Notes: generated by a model not told the origin, from the sequence alone. 64,000 nucleotides of DNA from an uncultured Chloroflexota bacterium (GCA_937974245.1 CALJKV010000064.1:23543-87542), one strand, 5' to 3'. Numbered from the stretch's first letter, positions 10,212 to 20,994 are shown. Numbers and translations: made by a program.

Positions 10212-10809
10212 ATGGGTATTGGCGTACCAATTGTGAAGCGAGGGTGACAATGCCTTCAATCACTTGGCCGAGCGAGTAACCCTGGCTGGCGCGTTGATAA
10301 TACACTACGTGCGCATCCAGCATGATATAGAGTGTATCGGTGGCATAATCGAGATCACCTACCGTTCCCAGGCGTTCGAGCAGACCGCGAATCGTTAGCC
10401 GCCACCAGATATGCGCCGGGTGCGTGAGCGTTGTCAGGCCGCTGGCCTGAACGCCGATACACAGCATCTCGGCGTATTCATCCACGAATTCGACCACCTG
10501 GGTCAGGAACCAGTGCAGGTTATCTGCGGGCTGTCCAGGGGTAGAGCGCAAGCGTTCCAGCGTGCGTTCCTGGAGTTCTCGCTGGTGCGAATCGAGGAGC
10601 ACCTGAGTGAGGACTCCCTTGTTCTCGAAGTGGCGGTAGAGCGTACCTTTGCCCACGCCGGCTGCCTCCGCGATGGCAGTCATCGAGACTGCTTCGACAC
10701 CGTGTTCGGCAAACAACCGCCGGGCGGTAGCGATTAAACGTTCTCGGTTTTTGATGGCATCGGCGCGATTCGGTTGGGGATCGGGCGTAATCAGGTTATC
10801 AGAGGACAT
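10210..10809 (-). CDS. TetR/AcrR family transcriptional regulator
   Basis: N-terminal HTH: LIATARRLFAEHGVEAVSMTAIAEAAGVGKGTLYRHFENK. Confidence 0.85.
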   Translation of the reverse strand: MSSDNLITPDPQPNRADAIKNRERLIATARRLFAEHGVEAVSMTAIAEAAGVGKGTLYRHFENKGVLTQVLLDSHQRELQERTLERLRSTPGQPADNLHWFLTQVVEFVDEYAEMLCIGVQASGLTTLTHPAHIWWRLTIRGLLERLGTVGDLDYATDTLYIMLDAHVVYYQRASQGYSLGQVIEGIVTLASQLVRQYP

Positions 10810-10949
10810 GGGAAAGCCTATCTGATTATGCAGGGATAGTGTTTATTATATACCAAATGGGACGTTGCGGTTGGGGCGCAGTGCAAACAACAGTAAGCCG
10901 GGAAAAATGCTGCTCACCCGGCTCGAAAATCGCGTTAGGGACTATCCAA

Positions 10950-11279
10950 CTATGCCGCGAACTGGGAGTTCCCGACCAGGCGGATGAGGTACACCAGGAT
11001 AACCGCACCGAACGTACCGACTATCAGGCCGCCGATGATGCCGCCGCCCAGGTGAATCCCCAACAGACCGAACAGCCAGCTTCCGACTACGCCGCCGAGC
11101 AAGCCCAGGACAATGTCCCCCAATGGCCCATAGCCGCGCCCGCGCATGATGCGTCCGGCGAACATCCCGGCCAGCATCCACAGCAGAAGTGGCAGGAGCA
11201 GTGTGAAGGCGACTCCCAGAAGCCCCGACAGCAGCCACAGCGCCAGCAGCGCCATGATAATGAATACAATTACGCCCAT
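10950..11279 (-). CDS. GlsB/YeaQ/YmgE family small membrane stress protein
   Basis: 109 aa with three or four Gly-rich TM helices and the motif GRIMRGRGYGPLGDIVLGLLGGVVG. Confidence 0.75.
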   Translation of the reverse strand: MGVIVFIIMALLALWLLSGLLGVAFTLLLPLLLWMLAGMFAGRIMRGRGYGPLGDIVLGLLGGVVGSWLFGLLGIHLGGGIIGGLIVGTFGAVILVYLIRLVGNSQFAA

Positions 11280-11437
11280 TTATGATACTCCTCTACCCGT
11301 TAAGATTACCTGTATTGCTGTTATATACGCAGGCGTAACGGGCGAAGTTGCAGGGGCAAAACAGCACTCACCAGAGATTCATGATCGAGCCGGGGATGTC
11401 CACCACAGGCCGCTTTTCGTGGCGAAAGCGAGCACAC

Positions 11438-12517
11438 CTACCCGCTGTGGCGGATGTGCACAATCTCGCCATCCTTGACGATGTACTCTTTTCCTTCCAG
11501 TCGCATTTTGCCTACTGCTTTGAGGGCGGCTTCGCTCCCGGCGGTGATGAGGTCATCGTAAGCCATCACCTCGGCGCGGATAAAGCCTTTTTGCAGGTCG
11601 GAGTGGATCGCCCCCGCGGCTTCCGGGGCAGTTGCGCCGATGTGGACGCGCCATGCCCGTACCTCATCCTCGCCGACTGTGAAGAACGACTGGATTGAGA
11701 GGAGTTCATAAGAGACGTGGATTACCTTCGAGGCGATCAGTTCGGTGATACCGTATTCTTCCATGAACAGCGCGGCGTCATCCGCGTCTAACTGCGCCAA
11801 TTCCGCCTCTAACGCCCCTTGCAGGCCGACAACCCGGCTCTGCTGATGGGAGTAGGTGAGGAGCGTGGCGGGGTCGGCGGCTTCGTCGCCCATATTGATA
11901 ACGATCAGCACCGGCTTGAGGGTGAGGAAGCCGAAGCCCTTCAACGGCTTGATTTCGGCTTCGGTCAGGTTGAGGTTGCGCAGGGGCTGGCCGTTTTCCA
12001 GGTGGGCTTTGAAGCCAAGCATCAATTCATGTTCGTCCAGCACGGCTTTGCCGACGTTCTTGCCCCGTACCCGCATATCGCTCGCCAGTTTTTCCAGGCG
12101 GTTTTCCACCGTCACCAGGTCAACCAGGAGAAATTCATTATCGAGCGCCTCAACATCGCGCTGGACATCCACCGTTTCATAGGGGTGGGGGACGGTATCG
12201 TTATGGAAGTGGCGCACCACATGGACGAAGCCATCCACCTGCGCCAGTTCGTTGCGGAACTGACCTTTGAGACCGCCTTCGCCCAGGCCTTTGTCGAGGC
12301 CGCCGATGTCGGTATAGGTCACGTTGGCGTATACCGTCTTCTTGGGGTTGTACATTGCACTGAGTTTATCCACACGGGGGTCAGGGACGTTGACTACAGC
12401 GGTATGGACTTCAAACTGGCCGCTGGTGGCAGCGCCAGTAGGCAGGTTCTGGCCGGTAAGGGCGTTAAAGATGGTTGTTTTGCCGCTGTTGGGCAGGCCG
12501 ATAATTCCAAGTCGCAT
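11438..12517 (-). CDS. ychF: redox-regulated ribosome-binding ATPase YchF
   Basis: MRLGIIGLPNSGKTTIFNALTG P-loop, a TGS-like C-terminus (GFIRAEV...) and length about 360 aa. Confidence 0.9.
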   Translation of the reverse strand: MRLGIIGLPNSGKTTIFNALTGQNLPTGAATSGQFEVHTAVVNVPDPRVDKLSAMYNPKKTVYANVTYTDIGGLDKGLGEGGLKGQFRNELAQVDGFVHVVRHFHNDTVPHPYETVDVQRDVEALDNEFLLVDLVTVENRLEKLASDMRVRGKNVGKAVLDEHELMLGFKAHLENGQPLRNLNLTEAEIKPLKGFGFLTLKPVLIVINMGDEAADPATLLTYSHQQSRVVGLQGALEAELAQLDADDAALFMEEYGITELIASKVIHVSYELLSIQSFFTVGEDEVRAWRVHIGATAPEAAGAIHSDLQKGFIRAEVMAYDDLITAGSEAALKAVGKMRLEGKEYIVKDGEIVHIRHSG

Positions 12518-12725
12518 GAAAAGTCCTTCTCATTGGTTGCAGGAATACCAGCAGTATACATGCGCCCTGGACACGCTTCAATGGGATGTGTGACCGGGTA
12601 TGGCGCAAATGAATGGGAAAGGGCTACACTGAGTATCGGCGCACCAGGCATTGGCATTCAAGCACCGACGATGTCCCTGCTTTTCGCGCCGCTATTCAGC
12701 CGAGATAATTGCCAGAGAAGTGTCT

Positions 12726-14522
12726 ATGCTTGCCCCGAACGAAATCCTGCTTATTATTATTATCGCCGTCACGCTTGCCCTCATCATATCGAACCGCCTG
12801 CTGCCTGATGTGGTGGCCGTCCTGGTGATGCTGGCATTGGGCATCACCGGGTTGGTGACACCCCAACAAACGCTGTCCGGTTTCAGCAACCCGGTGGTGA
12901 TAACACTCATCGGGCTGTTTATCATCACCCAGTCATTGGAAGATACCGGGGTGATCCAGTGGATTGCCCAGCAGATTAATAATATGGGCGGGGGTTCGGA
13001 AGTGCGGTTGGTGCTCTTGTTCATGGCGGCAGGCGCGCTGCTCTCGTTGGTGATGAACAATGTTGCTGCTGGGGCGGTGCTGCTCCCCGCCGCTGTTCGG
13101 GTGGGGCAAATCTCTAAAGTGCGACTGTCCAAACTGCTGATTCCGCTCTCGTTTGGCACGTTGGTAGGCGGTATGGCGACCTACCTGACTACTGCCAATA
13201 TCATCCTGAGCGGGTTATTGCACGAACAGGGATTAGACGGCCTGGGGATGGTGGATTTCATCCCGACTGGTGGCCTGATTGTGATCGCCGGGTTGGTCTA
13301 CATGCTGGTGATCGGGCGGCGCATTTTGCCGGAACGGGACACGCTCACCCAGAATGTGATGCTGACTGATTTACAGCAGACCTATCAGCTTGACGAACGT
13401 TTGTGGGAAGTGCGGGTGCTGCCAGAGTCAGAGTTGGCGCATACCCGCCTCAACCAGAGCCACATTGGGGAGCGGCTTGGGCTAACGGTGCTGGCGATCT
13501 GGCGGGGCAGACACGCGATTTTCTCCCCAGCGCCGAACCAAGACATTCTGCCGGATGATTACCTGCTGGTGCTGGGGCGTAGAGAACGGGTAGATCAGCT
13601 TCTGACGTGGGGCACTGTGTTAAGCCGGGAACAACCGCCGGACAACCATAAGCATGATTACAGCGTGGACTTTACCGAGGTGATTATCGCGCCGCGTTCG
13701 ATCGCGCTCGGCCAGACGCTGAGCGAGTTGAAGTACCGCGAGCGGTTCGGCCTGACTGCCGTCGCCCTGTGGCGCGAGGGACGCAGTTATCGTACTGACG
13801 TGGGCAAGATGCCGTTGCAGGTGGGTGATGCACTGCTGTTGATCGGTTCGCCGGAACGGGTCAAGACGCTGGCGAATGACCGGGACTATCTTGTGCCCAG
13901 TGTTGGCTATACATCTCGTCCACCACGTCCGCAGAAAGCGGCCTGGGCGCTGCTGATTACGGTGATTACGCTGGCGCTGGCGATCCTGGATGTGTTCCCT
14001 TTGCCCCAGGTAATGCTGGCCGGGGCGGTGGCGCTGGTGATTACCCGATGCCTGAGTATGGAGGAAGCCTACCAGGCAATTGAGTGGCGCGTCATCTTTC
14101 TGGTGGCGGGTATCCTGCCGCTGAGTACCGCCATGATCGGCACCGGGCTGGCGGCGCGAATCGGGGTGGCGGTGGTGAACCTGCTGGCCGGGTCAACGCC
14201 ATTGGTGCTAGTGGCGGGGATGTTCCTGCTCAGTATGCTGGTCACACAGATTATCGGGGGGCAGGTGGCCGGGTTGATCGTCGGCCCCATCGCAATAACG
14301 ACTGCTCTGCAGATCGGCACTAACCCGCAGGCGATGGCCGTGGCGGTGGCGATTGGTTGTTCGACTGCTTTTCTAACGCCGATTGCCCACCCCGTGAACA
14401 TCCTTATGATGGGGCCGGGCGGCTACCGATTCAGTGACTTTTTCCGCGTAGGACTGGGGATGACCGTTGTCACGCTAGTGACACTTATGCTGGGGATGAT
14501 GGTTATCTGGGGCGTAGGGTAG
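12726..14522 (+). CDS. SLC13/DASS-type permease with two internal TrkA-C (RCK_C) domains
   Basis: Many TM helices at both ends. The central soluble part shows two repeats of the RCK_C pattern (L..S.L.G.T.....I.ER.GL.V.AIWR.G; DYLLVLG and GDALLLIG). Start set to the ATG at 12726 (MLAPNEILL). Confidence 0.8.
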   Translation: MLAPNEILLIIIIAVTLALIISNRLLPDVVAVLVMLALGITGLVTPQQTLSGFSNPVVITLIGLFIITQSLEDTGVIQWIAQQINNMGGGSEVRLVLLFMAAGALLSLVMNNVAAGAVLLPAAVRVGQISKVRLSKLLIPLSFGTLVGGMATYLTTANIILSGLLHEQGLDGLGMVDFIPTGGLIVIAGLVYMLVIGRRILPERDTLTQNVMLTDLQQTYQLDERLWEVRVLPESELAHTRLNQSHIGERLGLTVLAIWRGRHAIFSPAPNQDILPDDYLLVLGRRERVDQLLTWGTVLSREQPPDNHKHDYSVDFTEVIIAPRSIALGQTLSELKYRERFGLTAVALWREGRSYRTDVGKMPLQVGDALLLIGSPERVKTLANDRDYLVPSVGYTSRPPRPQKAAWALLITVITLALAILDVFPLPQVMLAGAVALVITRCLSMEEAYQAIEWRVIFLVAGILPLSTAMIGTGLAARIGVAVVNLLAGSTPLVLVAGMFLLSMLVTQIIGGQVAGLIVGPIAITTALQIGTNPQAMAVAVAIGCSTAFLTPIAHPVNILMMGPGGYRFSDFFRVGLGMTVVTLVTLMLGMMVIWGVG

Positions 14523-14524
14523 CA

Positions 14525-14971
14525 TCACCCTGTCACGACCAGCACGCCAGCGACGACGGCCAGGGTGATCGCCACGCTCCACAGCGCCGCGCCAAGCGTC
14601 ATGGCAATCACTAACCGCAGCGGATTCGCCCCCAACGAAAGGCCGATCACTGCGCCCAACTGCGATCCTACTGTCATTGGGGCGAGCAGCGCCAGGCCGA
14701 CCAGCCCGTACCGCTTCCATGCCGCCTGTACTCGCGTCACCATGCGGTTGGGTTGTGCCGCTTGTGAGGAACGGTTCATACGCCGGGCAATCCGTGCCCG
14801 CAGAGAAGTGCCCGCCACTACAACCAGCGCCGCGCCACAGCCGTAGCTGACCGTCACGGTGAGCGCCACGCCCACCGGCGATACCTGGAGCGCGATGCCA
14901 GCCGGAATCGCCGACCAGAACGAGAGAAACGCCCAACCGAAAATTGTGCCAAAGGCGATGAATTGTGCCAT
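14525..14971 (-). CDS. small integral membrane protein (small multidrug-export-like)
   Basis: 148 aa with four hydrophobic helices. Family assignment is tentative. Confidence 0.5.
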   Translation of the reverse strand: MAQFIAFGTIFGWAFLSFWSAIPAGIALQVSPVGVALTVTVSYGCGAALVVVAGTSLRARIARRMNRSSQAAQPNRMVTRVQAAWKRYGLVGLALLAPMTVGSQLGAVIGLSLGANPLRLVIAMTLGAALWSVAITLAVVAGVLVVTG

Positions 14972-15502
14972 GCAATGTCCCGTGACCTTGTCTGTGTGCC
15001 GTGTGTATTATACGGGAAACGGAGTTTGCAAGAAAATGGACTCTGCTGCGACTGCTACGAGTGCAGCAAGATGGGCTATTTCTCGCGTGGTGGGGGTTTG
15101 AGGCTGTGCAGCAAAACAGCAGGTTTTGCAGCAAGAGGTGGTGAAAAGCAGCACTGAGTCTTGTGCGCTGAGTCTTGAGCAGAAAAGCTATCCACTGATG
15201 ATGAATCCCTGAAAACTGAAAAGGAACGTGGCACAGGACTACGATAACACAAAATGGCGGGGAAAGGGTGAATCTTTATTCAAACATTTGTTCAAAAATC
15301 GCCGTCCATAAAGATAACGGTGGGCATTCGCCATAGTGTGGTATGATGGCGACTGGTTAAATTGTAATTTTCGTAATATTTCCTGTTTTCTCCTGTTTTT
15401 CAGGCGTATGGATAACCTCTTCTCGCGCCTCTTAATCCACCCTGCCGGATTTCTTGGGTACAATAATGGCACACGATTATCCGGCAATGAGTATTTGTCA
15501 TC

Positions 15503-18500
15503 ATGGAAATGGAATTAGTTGCCAACCGTTACCAACTGCTGGAACAACTTGGTGCGGGCGGAATGGGCGTGGTCTACCGGGTCACTGACCGCCTGACCGG
15601 GGAAAATCTGGCCCTGAAGAAAGTCATCATCCCCACTCTGTCAGAGACTTCTACCGCCATCAGCGATAGTGTTGATGTGCGCCTGGCGCTCTCCCACGAG
15701 TTCCGCACCCTGGCATCGCTGCGCCACCCGAATATCGTCACTGTCCAGGATTACGGCTTTGACGCCGAACGCCAACCGTTTTTCACGATGAGTCTCGTCA
15801 ATGACCCTCTTACCATCCTCGAAGCCGGCAGAGCGCGTTCGCTGGAAGGGAAAGTCCGTCTGCTGCTGGATGTACTTGGTGCGCTCAGTTATCTGCATCG
15901 CCGTGACATCATTCACCGTGACCTCAAACCGGGCAACGTGCTGGTGGATGCCGACGGCACGGTCAAAGTGCTGGACTTCGGCCTGGCGACGACCCGAGCC
16001 CCGGAAGAAAGCCGTCAGGTGATTGGCACTGTCGCTTATATGGCACCAGAGCTCCTGATGGAAGGCCCGGCGTCGGTGGCATCCGACCTGTACGCGGTGG
16101 GGATTATAGCCTACCAGATGCTGGCCGGACGGCATCCGTTCAATGTGGGCAATGTTTCACTCCTGATTGCACAGATCATCAGTGGTCGTGTCGCCTTTGT
16201 CGGAATAGATGAGCGATTGGCGCCGGTTCTGGGGCGGCTGCTTGCCAAATCGCCCGCTGACCGTTACGCGCAGGCTGGAGACGCAACCCAGGCTTTGTGT
16301 GAAGCGGTGGGTCTGCCCCTGCCACAGGAAAGCGTCGCCGTGCGCGAGAGCTTCCTGCAAGCGTCCCGTTTCGTCGGGCGTGATGTGGAACTCAACCAAC
16401 TGCGCGGAGCACTGCGGGGGATTACAGCCTTTACCCAGGAGTCGCCCGAACCTGGCGAGATTGCGCCGGATATGCCAGCGGCGGGCGGCGGATTCTGGTT
16501 TATCGGCGGCGAAAGTGGCGTCGGGAAATCGCGCCTGACGGATGAAGTGCGGGTGCTGGCCCTGGTGGCCGGGGCGCGAGTCCTGCATGGGCAGGGCGTG
16601 GCTGATGGCGGGGCGCTCTACCAGCTGTGGCGTGAACCGCTGCGGCGTATGGCACTGTGGGCGGACATCAGCGATGCGGATGCGGCGGTACTGCAAGACC
16701 TTGTGCCGGATATCGCGGCGCTCCTGGGGCGAGAGATTCCCACCGCGCCGACCCTGGATGGGAGCGCGTATCATCAGCGGCTTGTCACGACGATTACGGC
16801 GGTTTTCCGGGCGCAAACCGACCCGATTATGCTGTTGATGGAGGATATGCAGTGGGCGACAGAGAGCCTGGAACCACTGCGAGCGCTGGCAGGGATGGCC
16901 GCCGAACTGCCATTGCTCATTATCGGCACGTACCGTGATGACGAAAAACCTGATCTGCCGCAAAGCTTCCCGGATGCCCATGTTCTTACACTGCCACGCC
17001 TTTCCGGGGGGGCGATTGCCAGCCTGAGCGAGTCAATGCTGGGTGAGGCCGGCACACGTCCCGAAGTGATAGACCTGCTCGAACGGGAAACTGAAGGCAA
17101 TGTTTTCTTTATCGTGGAAGTGGTGCGGGCGCTGGCAGAAGAAGCTGGACGTTTGAGCGATATCGGACAAGTGACTTTGCCACAACAGGTCTTTGCAGGC
17201 GGAATCCAGCGCGTTATCCAGCGCCGTCTCCACCGAGTTCCTACCGCAGACCGTCCGCTGCTGCGCCTGGCTGCGATTGTCGGGCGGCAGCTTGATCTGA
17301 CGGTCATGGACGCCCTTGCGAAGAAAGCACGACCGGGCAACGATCTGGACTCGTGGTTGACGACCTGTGCTAACGCCGCCGTACTGGATATGCAGGATGG
17401 TCACTGGCGTTTCGCCCATGATAAATTGCGTGAGGCTCTGTTGGCTGACATCCCAGCAGAGTCACGCCCCCGGTTGAGCCAGCAGGTGGCTGAGGCGCTC
17501 GAAGCCAGCTACACAGATCTTACCGACCATGCCTGGCATCTCACACAACTGTGGGCAACAGCGGGGAACACCGCGAAAGAAGGGCATTACGCCATTACCG
17601 CCGCGCACCAGGCCGCTAAAGCCAGTAACTACCAGGATGCTGTGAGTCTGTTCAACCGGGCTATTCAGCTTGAGGCCTATACCCAGGCCGATAACCCGCG
17701 CCAGGTCGAAGCGGATCTCTATCTGGAACTGGGGCGAACGCACTACAGCCTGAGTAACTATGAACCGGCCAACGAGGATGCCCGCCGGGCGCTTGACCGC
17801 TTCCGCGACCAGGACAACCTGCTTGGCACCGCCGATTCGATCTCGTTATTGGGGCAGATTGATATGCGTCTGGGTAACAGGGAGCAGGCTGCGGCGCAAA
17901 TTAATGAGAGCCTGGCAATGTACCGTGAAACGGGCAATCTGCTGTATATTGCGTTCGGGCTGATGAACCGGGGCATTATTGAAAATCAGCTCGGCCAGTA
18001 TGAAAAAGCGCACGATACCATGCTGGAATGCCTGCAATACATGCGCGACTCTGGCGACCGGGTGGGGCTGGGCCGTGCCCTGAATAACCTGGGTATTATC
18101 TGTGACATGCTGGGCGACTATGAACAGGCCACTGACTACTTCGAGCAAAGCATGGCCGTTCGCCGGGCCGTCAATGACCGGCACGGCATCGCCTACACGC
18201 TCTATAATATGGGCGCGATGCTGGATGACCAGGGGCAGCCAGAGTGGGCGCTAGAATTGTTTACCGAGTCGCTGAAACTGCTGCGGATTATCGGGGAACG
18301 CCGCTCGATTGGGGTGGCGCTGCTCAGCCTGGGGAGCTTAACCTATCGTGTGAAGGGGGATGCCCTGGTTGCAGTAAAGTATCTCCGAGAAAGCATGATT
18401 ATGCACCGGGCAACGGATAACCAGCACGGCACTTGCCAGACGATCAATATGCTGGGTGAGATTGCCGCGGGCGAGGGCGACTATGCTCTAGCACACACGC

Positions 18501-18811
18501 ATTACCAGCAGGCACTGCGGTTGGCAATTGACGAGCAATTCGAAGGACTTATCAAGGAGTCCGCGCTGTACGCGGGGGAACTGCGAGTCCGTCAGGGGCA
18601 GATTGAATCTGGCCTGGAACTTATCGGACTGGTGCAGGCGCAAAGCACGGGCAACACAGGGCTTCAGCGTGCTATCAGTCGTGTCCTGGATAAACTGCGC
18701 CCCGACATCCCGCCTGATGTGCTGGACAGTGCCTTGAAACGTGGTGCGGTATTTGACTGGGAGGGCATACTGCCGACTCTGGTGGAAAGTGATAGGGATA
18801 GCGGGGCGTAA
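15503..18811 (+). CDS. Ser/Thr protein kinase fused to a STAND/AAA ATPase and TPR repeats (1102 aa)
   Basis: Kinase motifs GAGGMGVVYRV, ALKK, HRDLKPGNVL, DFGLA and APE. Then P-loop GGESGVGKSRL. The C-terminal third has repeated TPR-like units (A...Y...AL.........G.A...LG). Confidence 0.9.
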   Translation: MEMELVANRYQLLEQLGAGGMGVVYRVTDRLTGENLALKKVIIPTLSETSTAISDSVDVRLALSHEFRTLASLRHPNIVTVQDYGFDAERQPFFTMSLVNDPLTILEAGRARSLEGKVRLLLDVLGALSYLHRRDIIHRDLKPGNVLVDADGTVKVLDFGLATTRAPEESRQVIGTVAYMAPELLMEGPASVASDLYAVGIIAYQMLAGRHPFNVGNVSLLIAQIISGRVAFVGIDERLAPVLGRLLAKSPADRYAQAGDATQALCEAVGLPLPQESVAVRESFLQASRFVGRDVELNQLRGALRGITAFTQESPEPGEIAPDMPAAGGGFWFIGGESGVGKSRLTDEVRVLALVAGARVLHGQGVADGGALYQLWREPLRRMALWADISDADAAVLQDLVPDIAALLGREIPTAPTLDGSAYHQRLVTTITAVFRAQTDPIMLLMEDMQWATESLEPLRALAGMAAELPLLIIGTYRDDEKPDLPQSFPDAHVLTLPRLSGGAIASLSESMLGEAGTRPEVIDLLERETEGNVFFIVEVVRALAEEAGRLSDIGQVTLPQQVFAGGIQRVIQRRLHRVPTADRPLLRLAAIVGRQLDLTVMDALAKKARPGNDLDSWLTTCANAAVLDMQDGHWRFAHDKLREALLADIPAESRPRLSQQVAEALEASYTDLTDHAWHLTQLWATAGNTAKEGHYAITAAHQAAKASNYQDAVSLFNRAIQLEAYTQADNPRQVEADLYLELGRTHYSLSNYEPANEDARRALDRFRDQDNLLGTADSISLLGQIDMRLGNREQAAAQINESLAMYRETGNLLYIAFGLMNRGIIENQLGQYEKAHDTMLECLQYMRDSGDRVGLGRALNNLGIICDMLGDYEQATDYFEQSMAVRRAVNDRHGIAYTLYNMGAMLDDQGQPEWALELFTESLKLLRIIGERRSIGVALLSLGSLTYRVKGDALVAVKYLRESMIMHRATDNQHGTCQTINMLGEIAAGEGDYALAHTHYQQALRLAIDEQFEGLIKESALYAGELRVRQGQIESGLELIGLVQAQSTGNTGLQRAISRVLDKLRPDIPPDVLDSALKRGAVFDWEGILPTLVESDRDSGA

Positions 18812-19036
18812 AAACACAGGAATTCATCCGGGAGACTGCCCCTGAATCTATGTGCGCAAAAATTGCTCGAAATTTGCCTTGCAAAAGAGTTGATTAAACG
18901 GCGCTTGCGATTTAATATCTATGCGATGATTTTCTGATGGACACAAGGGGCTGATGCCCCTTGTTCTCATGAACCTGAATCAAATTGCGGGTGTGCGCTG
19001 GGTTTTTCGGGTACGGTTGGGTACTGGAGGGAGAGC

Positions 19037-19900
19037 ATGGCTGCGGTCGAACGACGTAAACGCAGGGGAGAGAAACAAAGCGGTTTCCTGCTGGCGCTGC
19101 CGGCATTGTTGTGGCTGACCGTATTTTTCCTGCTGCCGGTGTTTATTGTACTGATTGTGAGTTTTATGTCACGCGGGCGGGGCGGACTGGCGGAAATGCC
19201 TTTCACGCTGGCGAACTATGAGCGCGTTTTTGATGTGTTCGTCATTGTTATCCAGAACTCGCTGTGGATTGCCTTGCTAACCACGATCATCTGCCTGGTG
19301 GTGGGCTACCCGCTGGCATTTTTCATCAGCACCCGCCAGAGTTCTCGCTCCCGCACCTTCGCCCTCTTCATGATTATGCTCCCCTTCTGGACGAACTTCC
19401 TGGTGCGGACGTATGCCATCCAGTCTATCCTGGGGCGGGAAGGCATCCTTAACACGTTTTTCCAGAGTATAGGCTTCATCATAGAACCGCTGCGGCTGCT
19501 GAATACGCCGGAAGCCGTGTTGATCGGCCTTGTGTATGGCTTCCTGCCATTCATGGTGCTGCCGATTTACGCTTCGGTAGAACGCTTTGACTTCCGTTTT
19601 GTGGAAGCCGCGCATGACCTGGGAGCAAACGACATTCGCGCTTTCCTACGGGTCGTCTTCCCGCTCACGCTGCCAGGTGTCATCGCCGGATGTATCCTGG
19701 TGTTTATCCCGGCAATTGGAGCGTTTGTCACCCCTGACCTGCTGGGGGGCACGAAAGGTATCATGATCGGTAACCTGATCCAGCAGCAGTTTCGCGGGTC
19801 AGGGAACCAACCGCTGGGTTCAGCACTGTCGATAGTACTGATGGCAATGGTGATGCTGGCGCTGCTCATTTATATCCGCTTTGGCGACCAGGAGGGGTAG
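19037..19900 (+). CDS. potB: spermidine/putrescine ABC transporter permease PotB-like
   Basis: Six TM helices and an EAA-type loop VEAAHDLGANDIRAFLRVVFPLTLPG. First gene of the pot-like operon. Confidence 0.8.
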   Translation: MAAVERRKRRGEKQSGFLLALPALLWLTVFFLLPVFIVLIVSFMSRGRGGLAEMPFTLANYERVFDVFVIVIQNSLWIALLTTIICLVVGYPLAFFISTRQSSRSRTFALFMIMLPFWTNFLVRTYAIQSILGREGILNTFFQSIGFIIEPLRLLNTPEAVLIGLVYGFLPFMVLPIYASVERFDFRFVEAAHDLGANDIRAFLRVVFPLTLPGVIAGCILVFIPAIGAFVTPDLLGGTKGIMIGNLIQQQFRGSGNQPLGSALSIVLMAMVMLALLIYIRFGDQEG

Positions 19901-19903
19901 GGG

Positions 19904-20833
19904 ATGGCAGGACAGACACTGGCGCAGCATGGCAAAATCCGGTACAACCAGGGTGCCATCCGGCGCGATATGTGGGTGCGTAAAATCGGCAAGTTCGGCC
20001 TGCTGTTCAACCCGGTTGTGGCCTACTTCTTCCTGTGGGCACCGATTCTCGTACTGATTATTTTTTCCTTCAACGCGGGTGAGTCGGTTTCCACCTGGGA
20101 AGGCTTTACGCTCAAGTGGTATGGCAATATTCTCGCCAATACACTGGCCGCCGGAACGGAAGCTGCCCGGTTTTCTACTGAGCTGATGCTTAGTTCTGTC
20201 AAGAACAGCCTCATCGTAAGTATCAGCGCCACCACGATTTCTACCATCATTGGCACAATGGTTGCTCTCAGCTTGGAGCGCGGCCACTTCCCAGGTAAAA
20301 AATTTCTGGACGCGGTGCTGTACCTGCCGGTCATCATCCCGGAGATAACGCAGGGTATCTCGCTGGCGCTGTTCTTCAAGGTGATTTTTGACTGGTTTTC
20401 GCTACAAAGCCCGGATTTACGCCCGACATCCGGCTTTGGCACGATTATCATCGCTCATGTGGCGTTTAGTGTTTCATATGTTACAATCGTTGTCCGGGCG
20501 CGGTTGTCCGATATGAATCCCCGCTATGAAGAAGCCGCCCGCGACCTGGGTGCTAACGAATGGCGCACATTCTGGCGTGTGACATTTCCGCTGATCCTGC
20601 CAGGGGTATTGGCCGGGGCGCTGTTAGCTTTTACGATCTCGTTGGACGATTTTGTTGTTACCTTCTTTAATTCTGGGGTGGGGACAACGACCCTGCCGAT
20701 TTTCGTTTACGGTTTGCTCAAGACCCGTGTGCCACCGGAGATTAACGCGATTTCAACACTGATGCTGATCGCTTCCACGATCCTGGTGGGATCGTCGCTT
20801 ATATTGCAGGGGCGCGGCGCCGATAAGCAATAG
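19904..20833 (+). CDS. potC: spermidine/putrescine ABC transporter permease PotC-like
   Basis: EAA loop EEAARDLGANEWRTFWRVTFPLILPG. The ATG lies 3 nt after the potB stop, with AGGAGG upstream. Confidence 0.8.
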   Translation: MAGQTLAQHGKIRYNQGAIRRDMWVRKIGKFGLLFNPVVAYFFLWAPILVLIIFSFNAGESVSTWEGFTLKWYGNILANTLAAGTEAARFSTELMLSSVKNSLIVSISATTISTIIGTMVALSLERGHFPGKKFLDAVLYLPVIIPEITQGISLALFFKVIFDWFSLQSPDLRPTSGFGTIIIAHVAFSVSYVTIVVRARLSDMNPRYEEAARDLGANEWRTFWRVTFPLILPGVLAGALLAFTISLDDFVVTFFNSGVGTTTLPIFVYGLLKTRVPPEINAISTLMLIASTILVGSSLILQGRGADKQ

Positions 20834-20994
20834 TCTGTTGGATTTACCGGCTGAAAACAGGTTATTCACCGCTGTTTTCGGCTTGTCATTGATATTACCA
20901 TTTCCCTTTGGATCGGAGGGCAAGTCTGGGGGACTGCCCGGTGATGGGATGCCGGTAAACATTCGTCGTTCAGTTATTTTCGAGGGAGAGCCAC

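Noticed and set aside
14475-15134. 219-aa minus-strand ORF overlapping the small membrane-protein gene and extending into the spacer before the kinase gene.
   Set aside because: It is in a different frame from the hydrophobic 148-aa ORF. Its translation is Arg/Gly/His-rich and motif-free, so the membrane-protein frame was preferred.
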